IMG/VR virus record: IMGVR_UViG_3300013121_000049
Span: 80,253-144,252 of that record
DNA length: 64,000 nt
Source: a virus
Taxonomy: Duplodnaviria; Heunggongvirae; Uroviricota; Caudoviricetes
Direction: 5' to 3' (one strand)
Shown here: piece after piece, positions 1 through 9,477 of the stretch
Numbering within the stretch: position 1 is the first letter of the stretch
How the letters are laid out: every line of letters begins with the position of its first letter
The notes under the pieces: model-generated
Database searches by the model: none
Told to the model about the DNA's origin: nothing
Seen by the model: only the letters and a program-made list of their open reading frames with translations
Program-made: the position numbers and the translations under genes

Positions 1-938
1 TCGGCCAGCGCATTCAGGATGGCGCTGAAATCACCCAGGGTTCGCAACTTGGCCACGCATTCCGGGCCCAGGGGCTTGATGGACTTCAGGATAGGGTTCA
101 GGATTTTGCCGCCCTGCAGGATGGTGCCGCCGGGGATTTTCTTGATGAGGTCGGACATCTTGCGCAAGGCGGCTTCCTTGGTCACCACGCGGTGGCTGGC
201 GATCTTGGTATGATCGCCCATTCCAGCCTCTTCCGCCAGGATGGCCCCGGGGACGGCGCCCACCGCATGCGCCACCTTGCGCAGGGCGGACGACGTGACA
301 TCCGCCGGACGCAGCACGAAGGACATGTCGAAGAACTTGAGCGGACCCAGGTTGAGCGCCATGACGCGCTGACCGTTCGGGTAGATGCGGTTCATCTCGG
401 TCTTCAAGTGCTGACAGTACGCCGCCGTGCTGTGCGCCTTGTTGTTGCAGATCGAGCAGACGTCCCAGGGGGTCTTGCAAGCCATGGATGTAGATGGGTA
501 GTCACCTCGCGCAATACGCTCCAGGATGTCCTTGCCCTTTTCCCGATCCACTTCCTCCACGACCTCGATACGGTGCATGTCGCGGTTGTAGACGGCGAAC
601 AGGACTTTGCCAATGCTCTTGGCCGGGTCGTCGTTGATGTGGTGGCGGAAGACGTGCCCGTGCTCTTCGAACGTCTTGCAGTACTGGATCAGCTGGTCTT
701 CCGGGAAGTAGTCGCCGTTCTTGTTCGAACCGTAGTACTCCCCTGCCCCCATGGCGTTGATGTGCAGGTAGAACTTGGAAGGGTTGGGCCGCAGGACATG
801 CGTGATGAAGTGATCTATCTCGGCATGCGCAGCCCGCTTCGTCAACCCGGAGAGGGACTGCCCCGGGGTAACCAGGTGCATCCGAGGCTCATCGTCCTGG
901 TAGAACGAATCGAGGTCAACGATCTTGGTCAGCGACAT
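1..938 (-). CDS. hypothetical protein, partial: the N-terminal 312 aa continue beyond the window start (MSLTKIVDLDSFYQDDEPRMHLVTPG...; His-rich EHGHVFRHH and CSICNNKAHSTAAYC motifs)
   Basis: Translated by hand from the minus strand. ATG is the reverse complement of 936-938, with a GAGGA ribosome-binding site 7 nt upstream. The frame stays open to position 1 with a protein-like composition. It is not in the ORF track because no stop codon lies inside the window. Confidence 0.55.
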   Translation of the reverse strand, partial: MSLTKIVDLDSFYQDDEPRMHLVTPGQSLSGLTKRAAHAEIDHFITHVLRPNPSKFYLHINAMGAGEYYGSNKNGDYFPEDQLIQYCKTFEEHGHVFRHHINDDPAKSIGKVLFAVYNRDMHRIEVVEEVDREKGKDILERIARGDYPSTSMACKTPWDVCSICNNKAHSTAAYCQHLKTEMNRIYPNGQRVMALNLGPLKFFDMSFVLRPADVTSSALRKVAHAVGAVPGAILAEEAGMGDHTKIASHRVVTKEAALRKMSDLIKKIPGGTILQGGKILNPILKSIKPLGPECVAKLRTLGDFSAILNALA

Positions 939-945
939 ACTGTCC

Positions 946-1518
946 TCACTTCACAACGTAATTCTTGATGGGCATTTGCTGGTTCCCGGAGTACCGGGTC
1001 TCCAGGTTAGTCAGCATGTCGATGGTCTTGACATCCAGTCCGCCGCTTTCGATCGCCGGCACCAGGATGCTGGCCAGGATGTTGGCGTCGGCCGCCGCGT
1101 TCGGCGCATACCGGAAAATGGTGGCCGCCATGGCGTTGATGACCGTGCGGTCCGCCATGCGCAGACGAGGCTCCTTCATGATCGCCTGTTCCAGCGCCTC
1201 GCGAAACTTCGACGCCTGAATCGGGTTGTTCACCACGGCCTTGCTCAGGCGGGCCAGCCCAAGGATGGCTCCCCCGGCCAGCGTGGCCCCGAGGACGCCA
1301 AGGCCGATGCCGGAAATCTTGCCGGCCAGACCGGACGCGGCAGCGCCCGCCAGCGCCGGGCCGCCCGCGGCGAAGGACGCTTTCTTGTCCATGGGCAAAG
1401 CGTCGAAGGAAGCCAGAACTTCCTGCGCCAAGTCATTACATGCCGTCGAGTGGAATCCCATCTTGCGGAATTCGGCGACACACGCCCGCTTCAGGTAATG
1501 GGGAAACAGATCGCTCAT
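946..1518 (-). CDS. hypothetical protein with a Gly/Ala-rich hydrophobic (membrane-like) segment
   Basis: ORF 946..1566, trimmed to the internal Met (MSDLFPHY) that follows a GGAG motif. It has a long AAGGPALAGAAASGLAGKISGIGLGVLGATLAGGAILGLA segment. It lies in the same operon as the flanking genes. Confidence 0.5.
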   Translation of the reverse strand: MSDLFPHYLKRACVAEFRKMGFHSTACNDLAQEVLASFDALPMDKKASFAAGGPALAGAAASGLAGKISGIGLGVLGATLAGGAILGLARLSKAVVNNPIQASKFREALEQAIMKEPRLRMADRTVINAMAATIFRYAPNAAADANILASILVPAIESGGLDVKTIDMLTNLETRYSGNQQMPIKNYVVK

Positions 1519-1522
1519 GAAA

Positions 1523-2707
1523 TCAATCTCCGTGCAGGGAGGAGTAGACGTGTTCGGATGGAGCAATCTGCTCCCGGAAGAAGAGGGGCTCCGCCTTGTC
1601 CATGGCCCCTTGGATAGACGGATTCTTGGCCAAGCGCCCCACAGGGGATGCCTTGAATCGACGCGCTCGATCAGACCAGCGCTGGGCAGCCGTCATGGTT
1701 GCCTTGGCCGTACCTTCCGGAGGGATCTCTGCTTGCTTGCGGAAGGCTGCACTGGGCTGCGCGCGGCCGGGGGACGCCTTCCTTACGCTACCGCGCAAAG
1801 TCGGACCGTCTCCCGGAGCCGTACTGCGGCCATTCCAGATGCCGGGACCGATGGCTCCTTGCGGCTGCGCCATGTGCGTCGGCGCCGGATGGGAAATCGC
1901 CGTGCGGTACCCCGGGGACAACGGAGAGCGCAGGTCTGCCTTCACCAGGGAGGCGATGCCGTTGGCGCTGACCAGACCGGCCATCTTATCCAGGCACTCC
2001 GCCACCAGGTTGCTGCGCTCGACCAGCTCTGCGGCCTTGACCAGCAGAAGGCCGAGTTGGGCCAGCGGCTTGAACTCGTTCACCCGGAAAGGGACGCGGC
2101 CGGCGGACTTGCTGTGGCCCTCTTCCGCCAGAAGCCCTACCAGGTAGTCCTTGCCGAGGCCGGTGTACGACGCCAGCTTGTCCTGTAGCCAGGGATCCCG
2201 ACGAATTTCCGCCGCCGACTTCTCGATGGTCTCCCGCATGGCCAGCATTTCATGAGTCAGCACGTCCCGGTCCCGGCGCAGTTTCTCACTCCAGTCCATG
2301 GCAATCTTGATCTGGACATGGCGAGGCCATTGGTCGATGGATCCGAAGTCGAATCCTTCCGCAACCGGAGCGGCCGAAGCGGCCTTCTGCATGCCGGGGC
2401 CCGCGAGGATGGACAGGGTCTCGTCGTAAACCGACGCCGACTTTTCGTGGTCTTCGGGGATCAGGAGAGATGCGCGAATGACATCGCGTTCCGCCAGGGG
2501 AAACTGGAAGGTACGGTCAGCCGACTTCTCCAGCAACTTGAGGTACGTCACCTGATTGGCGCTCTCGATCAGGCGGTCGGTCTGCGCCAGGTTGAGGCTG
2601 TTCTCCCGAGCGGCCTTCACAATACCGTCGTTGAGCGAGACGCCCTGATTGATGAACTGGGTGACCACGCTGGCCGTCATGGTCTTGAGCAAATCGGTGC
2701 TGAACAT
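1523..2707 (-). CDS. hypothetical protein (394 aa), mostly helical, possibly virion or scaffold-related
   Basis: Complete ORF. A GAGGAG ribosome-binding site sits upstream of the ATG at 2707. It packs tightly with its neighbours. Confidence 0.6.
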   Translation of the reverse strand: MFSTDLLKTMTASVVTQFINQGVSLNDGIVKAARENSLNLAQTDRLIESANQVTYLKLLEKSADRTFQFPLAERDVIRASLLIPEDHEKSASVYDETLSILAGPGMQKAASAAPVAEGFDFGSIDQWPRHVQIKIAMDWSEKLRRDRDVLTHEMLAMRETIEKSAAEIRRDPWLQDKLASYTGLGKDYLVGLLAEEGHSKSAGRVPFRVNEFKPLAQLGLLLVKAAELVERSNLVAECLDKMAGLVSANGIASLVKADLRSPLSPGYRTAISHPAPTHMAQPQGAIGPGIWNGRSTAPGDGPTLRGSVRKASPGRAQPSAAFRKQAEIPPEGTAKATMTAAQRWSDRARRFKASPVGRLAKNPSIQGAMDKAEPLFFREQIAPSEHVYSSLHGD

Positions 2708-2743
2708 GCGGGAGGCTCCTCTGCATGGATCTAGTTTACACCA

Positions 2744-3478
2744 TCATCCGGAGTTGAGGCCCCAATCGATGGATGGGCCTTTCTTCGGGTACATGGCGTC
2801 GACGGCCGGGTGTTTGCCCACCACTTGCGGCGACCCGGCCAATTTCTCGATTTCCTTCATGGCGGCATCCAGGTCGGCAGCGCCCGCGCTGTTGTTGACG
2901 TCCGGCAGAACCTGCGGGTCGTCGCCAACGTCGTCGAGAGACGGGATGGGCAATTCTTCCGGATTCGCCCCGGAGACTGCCAGCTCCAGGTCGTCCAGCA
3001 ACCCCTTCTTGTCGGTCACCCACAGCTTCAGGCTGCGGCCTACCGCCAAAGCCACCATGGCCCACTTTCGAGCCTCGGCGTCGTTGTCGCTGGTGGCCGC
3101 CGCAAAGAACGCCTCCTTGGCCTTGAACACGCAATCCGGGAAAAGGCGCTGCATCCCCTCTACCGCGGACACCTCGACGGGCATCCCCAGCCGCCATTGG
3201 ACAAACTCGATGCCCTGGGTGATCGCCCACATCTTCAGGTTCTTCTCTTCGGTATCCTGAATGGAGTGGACGTGCTCCAGCTTGGCCAGCTTCGACGCCA
3301 GGCGTACCCGGTAATGTCGGCTGACATACTCTTCGATAACGACAAGGGGGAGTCCGAACATGTCGGCGATGAGGTTATTGTCGGGCGTAGCAAGAAGAGC
3401 CGCTTCCAGATAAAGGCGCTGGAAGCGGCTGTGTTTTATTTCCGAGAAGTACGTGAACAGGTCAACGTCATCGGTCAT
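2744..3478 (-). CDS. hypothetical protein (244 aa)
   Basis: Complete ORF. Its start overlaps the upstream stop as ATGA at 3475-3478. Confidence 0.6.
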   Translation of the reverse strand: MTDDVDLFTYFSEIKHSRFQRLYLEAALLATPDNNLIADMFGLPLVVIEEYVSRHYRVRLASKLAKLEHVHSIQDTEEKNLKMWAITQGIEFVQWRLGMPVEVSAVEGMQRLFPDCVFKAKEAFFAAATSDNDAEARKWAMVALAVGRSLKLWVTDKKGLLDDLELAVSGANPEELPIPSLDDVGDDPQVLPDVNNSAGAADLDAAMKEIEKLAGSPQVVGKHPAVDAMYPKKGPSIDWGLNSG

Positions 3479-5440
3479 ATTCTGCTGCGCGAAGTGTCGG
3501 CGTCCCGACTGATAGCCGCATTGAGCGCGTTCTTCAGCTTCAATGCACTGTCCCCCAGCGAACGATACGTCCCACGCAAGGCGGATATCAGGGTCGGCAG
3601 GTTATCGGGTGCGCTCTCGTCGGCCCCCAGCCGGAGGAACAGGAGAGTGCGGCCAATCCGGTCAAGGCAACGATCGATGGCCGGCAAGTAGGTAGAGATA
3701 GTGCTATACATCGACGGGTCGAGCAAGATCTGCGAAATGATGGTCGACTCCACAATATCAGGGTAACCCGTGTCGATCGCTCCCTGAACAGCGTTGGTAT
3801 CGAACAGCGTCGGCTCTTCCTGGGGCGGCATCTGGCCATACTCGGGGATTTCCCCGACCGGCGTGGCGCCCATGTCGCTGGCCTTCTTCGCCATGAAAAC
3901 CGTGATGCTGCCTTTTTCCTGGGCCGACTTGATGAAGGTCAGGCACGCCTGCTTGCCAATGCCCTCCCCGATGATCAGCTTCTTGACGAGGTCGATTTCC
4001 GAGATCGGGCTTCCATTGAACGAGAACATGCCGTGACCATGGCTGCGGATCTCCACGGGGTCCTGGAGCATGCCGATGGTTCGCAACTCCAGCTTGCGCT
4101 GGGCGGAGTTGATGTTGCGCTCGACCGAGTCCGCGATGCAGTTGGGCAGAACCACGACGCTGCGGACGGGATTGGTGATGATCTCGCCGCTGTCGACGAA
4201 GTAGTCCCCTTTGAAGCCGGTGGACGCCGTCAGCTTGAGTCGGCCGCAGCGGTCCGCCATCCCCCGGTAGAATCCGTAATCCCAGGGCTCCTCCAGGTCC
4301 ATGACTACGGCGAAGTCCGTGTGGGTGACGGTGCACGCCGTGAACGGGCCCAACGCGCCCTTGCCGGTGAGGATGACGAAGGTGTCGCCGGTGACCACGG
4401 AGTTCAGGTCTCGGACGCGGCCTTGGGTGTAGAGCTCCTGAGCCACGTCAGAGAGCAGGACAGGCGTGTTGACCAGGACGGTCATGCCGTCGTCTGTCCA
4501 GCCGCCATACTCGGAGATGAACAGGTTGCCGCGCGCCTCCTTCCCGGCAACGCCCTCCGTGGTGAAGAAGCCGGCGTGCGGGCGCAGCTTGTGGTCAGGC
4601 ATGTCGATGCCTTCGCGACGCGGGGCGCGCTTCAACACCATGCCGTTGACGTGACTGCCATCGGCAAGCACCGCCTTGTAAGCCATGCCCTGGATGGCGC
4701 CCTGCAGCTGCAGGTAGCCCTCGGCGCCAGTCACTTGCTCCACGGCTTGGCGCGGCTCGATGACGTCGCCGCGAATGTGGTAACCGCAGTCCACGATGTC
4801 CTTGATGACCAGCGGATCCAGGTTGCTCAAGCCGGTGGTGCCGGTGATGACTTCGACCGAGGGCTTCGATACCGTGGTCGTCAGGGGCTTGGATTGCGGA
4901 GACGACGGGATGACCCGGGACTCCGCGATGGACTGCAGGTCGACATACCGGGAGATCTGCTTGGCCATGTCCTTGTTGTCGAGCATGGTGTTGTACAGGC
5001 GATCCCACAGATGAGGCGGTAACGTGGCCAGGAATTCCTCCAGCTGACCGCTGGCGTAGCTGTACTTGCCGGTGCGCGGCGGCACGATCAGGTTGTAGAC
5101 GGACGGGTTGATGTTGACGTACGACGGGATGCGCGTCGGCTTACCCATCCGCGTGCCTTGGCTACGGATGAGCTGCGTCACCGTGTCCGTGGTCAACGGG
5201 AGGAACATGTCCGTCGACATGTCGTAGAGGGAATCCAGCGGATAGACGATCTCGCCACGAGCAATCACCGGCACCAGGTAGAACCCCGGGGGGAGCTGGA
5301 GCAGGATGACGCCCATGGACACATTGGAGTCCTCTGGGAGCTTTGACGACAGATCCTGGAAGCGGATGATGTAGTTGGCCAGCTCGGGGGAGGCCTGGCT
5401 CAGGGACTGGATCGCTTCATTCGGGAAATCTTGCATCATG
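3475..5440 (-). CDS. hypothetical protein (about 654 aa) immediately downstream of the RNA polymerase beta-prime C-terminal gene
   Basis: ORF 3475..5472. Start assigned to the Met at 5440 (rc of 5438-5440), 4 nt after the stop of the upstream gene. The alternative start at 5472 would overlap by 29 nt. Confidence 0.6.
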
Positions 5441-5443
5441 ATG

Positions 5444-7267
5444 TCAGTACCTGCCGTGTTCGCCTTCACCAAAGGTTTTGCCGAAGATATACGGAGCTAT
5501 GGGATCCGTGGAATGCAGCGGCGATTCCTGAGATTGGGATGCCGCCTCAATGATACTTGATTTTAGGTTAGAAGACGCCAACCGTGAGATCCAGTTGGGG
5601 TCCAGCAGTTTTGACTGCTTGACGCCGGTAGCCATCGGCTCCACGGACAAGCCCGTCGTGGATATCGGCACCTCGTGAATGCCGCGCTGATTGAGTTCGC
5701 GCACATGCTGGTGGTCGAGCAGGGTGCCCGGCATCAGGCTGGATACCCGCCGGGCCAGGACCTTGCCGGCGGCCCGTTCGATCGGTACAACCTGACTGCC
5801 CTTGTCGAACTCGTGCGCCACCTTGCCGACTTCCACGATGTCTCCCGGCAAGAAGTCCGTGTCCCCGGGATTCTTGATCTTGACATACTTGGCGACGTTG
5901 CGGGCGATGACGTCGAAGTGCCGGGGGTCCAGGTCGTTGCCGTAGACTTCTCGCAACTTCTTGGAGAAGTACTCGCGTCCCGCCCCCAGTCCGCGCAGCT
6001 CGACCAACTCCTTGGGATTCGGAGTCCCTTCGGAAAGCTCCTGGCCCGCGTAAACGTGGTCACCTTCCTTCACTTTCAGGCCTTGGTCTTGGGGAACGAA
6101 GTGAGGGATGCCGTTGACGTGGACCTGGAAGTCACCCAGAGCGGTCTTCTCAATCTTGTTAACCTTGCCGGCCGCCGTCGCCAGCGTCGCCGCATCCTGA
6201 AAGTTCTCAGGGATGGTCAGCAGGTTCTTGGATGCCTCGAACATGTTCTGCGTGGCCTTGATCTTGGACCCTGCCGTGCCGCCCTGGTGCTTGGATGAGA
6301 GCACCGCCTGGATCATGCCCTCCGAGATCGACTCTGCCGCCACGACCCCGACATTCTCGCCGATCTCCGGGTAATTGCCCCGGGAGTCCCGGCCGTAACA
6401 CATCTGGCAGATACCTTCGTGGGCCTCGCAGGTCGTCGGCGTGCGGATCGTGATGGTCTTGGTCCCTGAGGAGAGCTTTTCCTTGTAATAGGCGTCGTCC
6501 ACCATGTGATCCGTGCCGGCTTCTACGTGGCCGACGACGCGCCGTCGGTCGTGGACGTCGTAAGGCGTACCGTTCTTGGTCCCGCAATTATGAATAGTGA
6601 CGACCTCGTGGAACACCGAGGGGACCAGCTTCTTGAAAAGAGCGCCGGGCTCGGACGCCGCCATCTGGGCCTTGATCGTCGCCGCTCGGCCGCCGTAGGC
6701 CATGGCCAGGTGTTCGGCCGGCGTCAGACCCTCTGCAAAGGAGTGGCGAATTGGCAGCGGGATAGGCTTGCCCTCGATGTCTACGGACATCATCGGGGAG
6801 AACGTGCCCTGCCCCAGTTGCATGGGGTTGCCGCGCGCGCCGGTCAGCGCCATGAGGCCCGCCGTGGACCCCTTGCTTACCATGTACTTCAAGTTGAGGT
6901 CTTGCGACTTCTTGACGTATTGCCCGGCCACCTCGTTCAACGCCTGAGTTTTCTGGGCGCGCGTCAACTTGGAGTTGTCGTTGATGGCGTTGATCTTGTT
7001 CACGTACTCATCCAGGAAGACGTTGCGCTCCTGGCTGTCGTTCTCGTAGTCGGTGAGCGGCGTGGAAAACCCGTTGACGGTTGCCGTGTGAAAAAACAGG
7101 TTGGAGAGATTCTGGATGGTCTCATGGGCCTGGCTGCCGCCGTGCTTGATGACCAGCGACATGAGGTTCGTCACCCCATTCTTGTCGAGGACCATGTTGG
7201 GGTCATAGTGCTTCTGCACCTCGGGGGGCAGCATGCTCTTGATCAGTAGGGAGCCCGCGGTCGCCAT
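5444..7267 (-). CDS. DNA-directed RNA polymerase beta-prime subunit, C-terminal portion (region F with the bridge helix, and region G with the trigger loop), encoded as a separate polypeptide
   Basis: TGARGNPMQLGQG corresponds to E. coli SGARGSAAQIRQLAGMRG. CEAHEGICQMCYGRDSRGNYPEIGENVGVVAAESISEGMIQAVLSSKHQGG corresponds to the beta-prime block TCxxHGVCxxCYGRDLARG...[24 protein letters not shown]. Confidence 0.9.
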   Translation of the reverse strand: MATAGSLLIKSMLPPEVQKHYDPNMVLDKNGVTNLMSLVIKHGGSQAHETIQNLSNLFFHTATVNGFSTPLTDYENDSQERNVFLDEYVNKINAINDNSKLTRAQKTQALNEVAGQYVKKSQDLNLKYMVSKGSTAGLMALTGARGNPMQLGQGTFSPMMSVDIEGKPIPLPIRHSFAEGLTPAEHLAMAYGGRAATIKAQMAASEPGALFKKLVPSVFHEVVTIHNCGTKNGTPYDVHDRRRVVGHVEAGTDHMVDDAYYKEKLSSGTKTITIRTPTTCEAHEGICQMCYGRDSRGNYPEIGENVGVVAAESISEGMIQAVLSSKHQGGTAGSKIKATQNMFEASKNLLTIPENFQDAATLATAAGKVNKIEKTALGDFQVHVNGIPHFVPQDQGLKVKEGDHVYAGQELSEGTPNPKELVELRGLGAGREYFSKKLREVYGNDLDPRHFDVIARNVAKYVKIKNPGDTDFLPGDIVEVGKVAHEFDKGSQVVPIERAAGKVLARRVSSLMPGTLLDHQHVRELNQRGIHEVPISTTGLSVEPMATGVKQSKLLDPNWISRLASSNLKSSIIEAASQSQESPLHSTDPIAPYIFGKTFGEGEHGRY

Positions 7268-7331
7268 AGTGAAATCTCTCGGGAATGCGTAAATCTTAGC
7301 ACAGCCGTTCGTTCAATTTATCCGCAGGGTT

Positions 7332-7340
7332 TGGCATAAG
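7332..7340 (+). promoter_or_regulatory. promoter-like motif TGGCATAAG, a variant of the recurring TGGTATAAG element
   Basis: Lies 31 nt upstream of the ATG at 7371, at the divergent junction. Confidence 0.35.
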
Positions 7341-7370
7341 GACTATGACCTCAACACAGCGGAGTAAAGC

Positions 7371-7688
7371 ATGCACTTGTTAACTTGGTCTCAGACTTTT
7401 TTCCTGGGCCGTGAACTCGGTCCGGTTTTTCCCATCACCATCCCGGCGGATACCGCCGTGGAAAAAACGCGCGGTATGACGTCTGTCCGCAAGGCAGACT
7501 TCGTCCTGACGGCGCGCGTTGACGGCGCAAAAAACACCTTCAAGGTCTGGATCGATCCTATGAAAGGACTGGTCCTCGTCCTGTCCGGGAAAGCCGGCTA
7601 TGAGCAGGCCGGTCTGTTCTGGACGGCAGACCCGGACAAGGTGGCATCCGTCCTCCGCATCAAAGGGTATTCACCATGCGCCGCCTGA
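7371..7688 (+). CDS. hypothetical protein (105 aa)
   Basis: ORF with a GGAG motif 9 nt upstream. It is the first gene of a small plus-strand island. Confidence 0.5.
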   Translation: MHLLTWSQTFFLGRELGPVFPITIPADTAVEKTRGMTSVRKADFVLTARVDGAKNTFKVWIDPMKGLVLVLSGKAGYEQAGLFWTADPDKVASVLRIKGYSPCAA

Positions 7689-7951
7689 TCTTTTCGTTGT
7701 CCATGCCCAGGGTAAACTCCTGGAACGGCAAGTGGTCCAAGGAAGGCTGCTCCCTGTGGCTTGCCCGTGATGTCCCGGAAGGGCGCGCGGAACAGCTCCT
7801 CAACGAAGGCCCGTTCGATTACGACTTCGGCGACGGCTGGACCGCCCGCATCATTGTTTCCAGCACAGAACCGAAAGAACCATCCACAGGCTTCTGTGGC
7901 TACGACTGGATGGTCGACAGCCTGCTGGCCTGCGGGAGTATCTGCTCCTAG
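7676..7951 (+). CDS. hypothetical protein (91 aa)
   Basis: ORF that overlaps the previous gene by 13 nt. Confidence 0.45.
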   Translation: MRRLIFSLSMPRVNSWNGKWSKEGCSLWLARDVPEGRAEQLLNEGPFDYDFGDGWTARIIVSSTEPKEPSTGFCGYDWMVDSLLACGSICS

Positions 7952-7971
7952 TCATTTTTGACGGAGTAGGT

Positions 7972-7980
7972 TGGTATAAG
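7972..7980 (+). promoter_or_regulatory. promoter-like motif TGGTATAAG (extended -10-like)
   Basis: Exact copy of the recurring motif, 32 nt upstream of the ATG at 8012. Confidence 0.5.
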
Positions 7981-8011
7981 ATAGTACTCAACAAACAAAG
8001 AGGTGGTTAGC

Positions 8012-8224
8012 ATGAACCCTTACCTGAAAGAGATGGAGAAAGTCGCTGGTGTCCTGCAGAACGCGGGCGCTGCAATCAAGAAGCAGCTTACGACTCCCCT
8101 CAAGGTACAAGGGGGCCGCATCGTCAAGCAGATGCACCCCGACGACGAAAAGGCGTTGGCAAAAGCCATCAAGGATAAGATGGCAAATGGTGAAGTAAAG
8201 CACGTCACCGGAATTTTTGATTAA
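8012..8224 (+). CDS. small hypothetical protein (70 aa, Lys-rich)
   Basis: ATG at 8012 preceded by an AAAGAGGTGG ribosome-binding site. It sits between a promoter motif and a terminator. Confidence 0.55.
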   Translation: MNPYLKEMEKVAGVLQNAGAAIKKQLTTPLKVQGGRIVKQMHPDDEKALAKAIKDKMANGEVKHVTGIFD

Positions 8225-8253
8225 AAAGAAAAGGGCCTCGCGCCCTTTTCTTT
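8222..8253. terminator. bidirectional intrinsic terminator (A-tract, AGGGC-ctcgc-GCCCT stem-loop, T-tract)
   Basis: Hairpin at 8232-8246 flanked by AAAAAGAAAA and TTTTCTTT. It lies at the convergent junction with the minus-strand gene 8262..9314. The downstream flank CTTTTCTTTAGCCGRRATTACC is shared with the terminator at 26096-26127. Confidence 0.7.
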
Positions 8254-8261
8254 AGCCGAAA

Positions 8262-9314
8262 TTACCTCCGAAACCCTTTGCTCCCCAGCAACTGGAGCAC
8301 GGACGAAGACAGGTTTGTCCCGATCTTGCTGGCCAGGGAAGGTTTGCTCAGCTCAACGACTTGTCGGGCAACATCCGGGGCCATTCGGCGTGCTTTGCTC
8401 AGTAGGTTGGAGAAGTTTTTCGGGCGGGACTCCGCCCACGGAATACCTAGCCCTTTTGTAACAAAATTGGCCTCCCCTGCCGATTGGCGCCAAGAATTGG
8501 TCAAAGACAAGGGGTGTGTCCCGCTATTCTCCATGGAGTATCGGTCTGCGTCATAAAATATGCCCAGATCTCCTTTTTGCGTGGATTTCACCACTTGTCT
8601 GGCGGACACGGCAGGCGGCACGATGTGGTCATAGGGGTCATGCCCCCTGTCCAGGCTCTCTCTTGCCAGTACTGCAGGGCTGACGTGAGAGTATACCCTG
8701 GGCACCTTATCCAACCCGACGTTAGGACCGTGTTTTTGGAGCAACCGCCTGCTCTCGTCATACTCGTAGAACTCATGACGATGGGCCTTGACATCCTGAA
8801 GCCGGCGAAGGTCCTCTGCCACATTACCGGAGGGACCCAGTAGCGGGGGGACTCGAATGTCTGCGTGCATTACCCCCGTTCCGGGGTGATATGACGTTAC
8901 TTTTGTCTCGTATTGAGCCTTGGGGTGATAGGACTCGTTGATGTTTGTCTTCGGGATAACATTGATAGGGCGAGCTTCATAGGTACGAAGATCCGGGGTA
9001 ACTCCGCCTCTCCGCAGGATTGCATCCGCCATTGCTCGCGTACCTTTGGTTTGCCCCTCAAGGTATTGCGCGGGAGACCGGAGAACCCCTCTGTCTTGCA
9101 ATTCTTGCAGCCGTGACATCGGATATTTTTCCCGGTTATCCGCGATGTGACGGGACAACCTGTTGGCCTCCTTGACCAATGCCTGCCCCTCCTTTGCCCG
9201 CCGGGCCACGCTGAGCGCAATAGCCACTGCCTGCTTCTGCGGCTTACCCGCCGCCATTTCTGTGCGAATATTCTGGGAGATGGCTTCTCGGGAATCGGAG
9301 GGGATCAGCGGCAT
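8262..9314 (-). CDS. hypothetical virion-associated protein (350 aa)
   Basis: Last gene of the long minus-strand structural operon. It ends KGFRR, with its stop next to the terminator. Confidence 0.6.
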   Translation of the reverse strand: MPLIPSDSREAISQNIRTEMAAGKPQKQAVAIALSVARRAKEGQALVKEANRLSRHIADNREKYPMSRLQELQDRGVLRSPAQYLEGQTKGTRAMADAILRRGGVTPDLRTYEARPINVIPKTNINESYHPKAQYETKVTSYHPGTGVMHADIRVPPLLGPSGNVAEDLRRLQDVKAHRHEFYEYDESRRLLQKHGPNVGLDKVPRVYSHVSPAVLARESLDRGHDPYDHIVPPAVSARQVVKSTQKGDLGIFYDADRYSMENSGTHPLSLTNSWRQSAGEANFVTKGLGIPWAESRPKNFSNLLSKARRMAPDVARQVVELSKPSLASKIGTNLSSSVLQLLGSKGFRR

Positions 9315-9477
9315 GACAGCGGTCCTCGTTTACTTGGCGGTTGGCTCTGCTATCGCCTGCTGGGCAGCTCCCATCGTCGAGGAGCCCGGCTGGCGGCGCA
9401 TTGCAGCATTTCTGTTCTTCGTCCTGACCGGGCCTTCCCTGGCGCTGGTCTTGCTATGGGTGGTCCTGCGGTCCTGA
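9313..9477 (+). CDS. possible small membrane protein (54 aa, two predicted transmembrane helices: MTAVLVYLAVGSAIACWAAPIVEEPGWRRIAAFLFFVLTGPSLALVLLWVVLRS)
   Basis: It fills, to the nucleotide, the only large (163 nt) gap in the minus-strand operon. A GGAGGGG motif lies 7-13 nt upstream. Its ATG at 9313-9315 shares a CATG with the minus-strand ATG at 9312-9314. Confidence 0.35.
   Translation: MTAVLVYLAVGSAIACWAAPIVEEPGWRRIAAFLFFVLTGPSLALVLLWVVLRS

Noticed and set aside
31-968. ORFs 31..480(-), 192..968(+) and 404..613(-)
   Set aside because: They overlap the hand-translated minus-strand gene 1..938, which has a ribosome-binding site and a protein-like sequence. These alternatives are Arg/Pro/Gly-rich.
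7950-7980. A sigma-70 -35 element for the TGGTATAAG promoters
   Set aside because: A TTGACG exists upstream at 7972 but only 11 nt away. The other copies lack any conserved hexamer at 16-18 nt spacing. The motif is therefore reported as -10-only.
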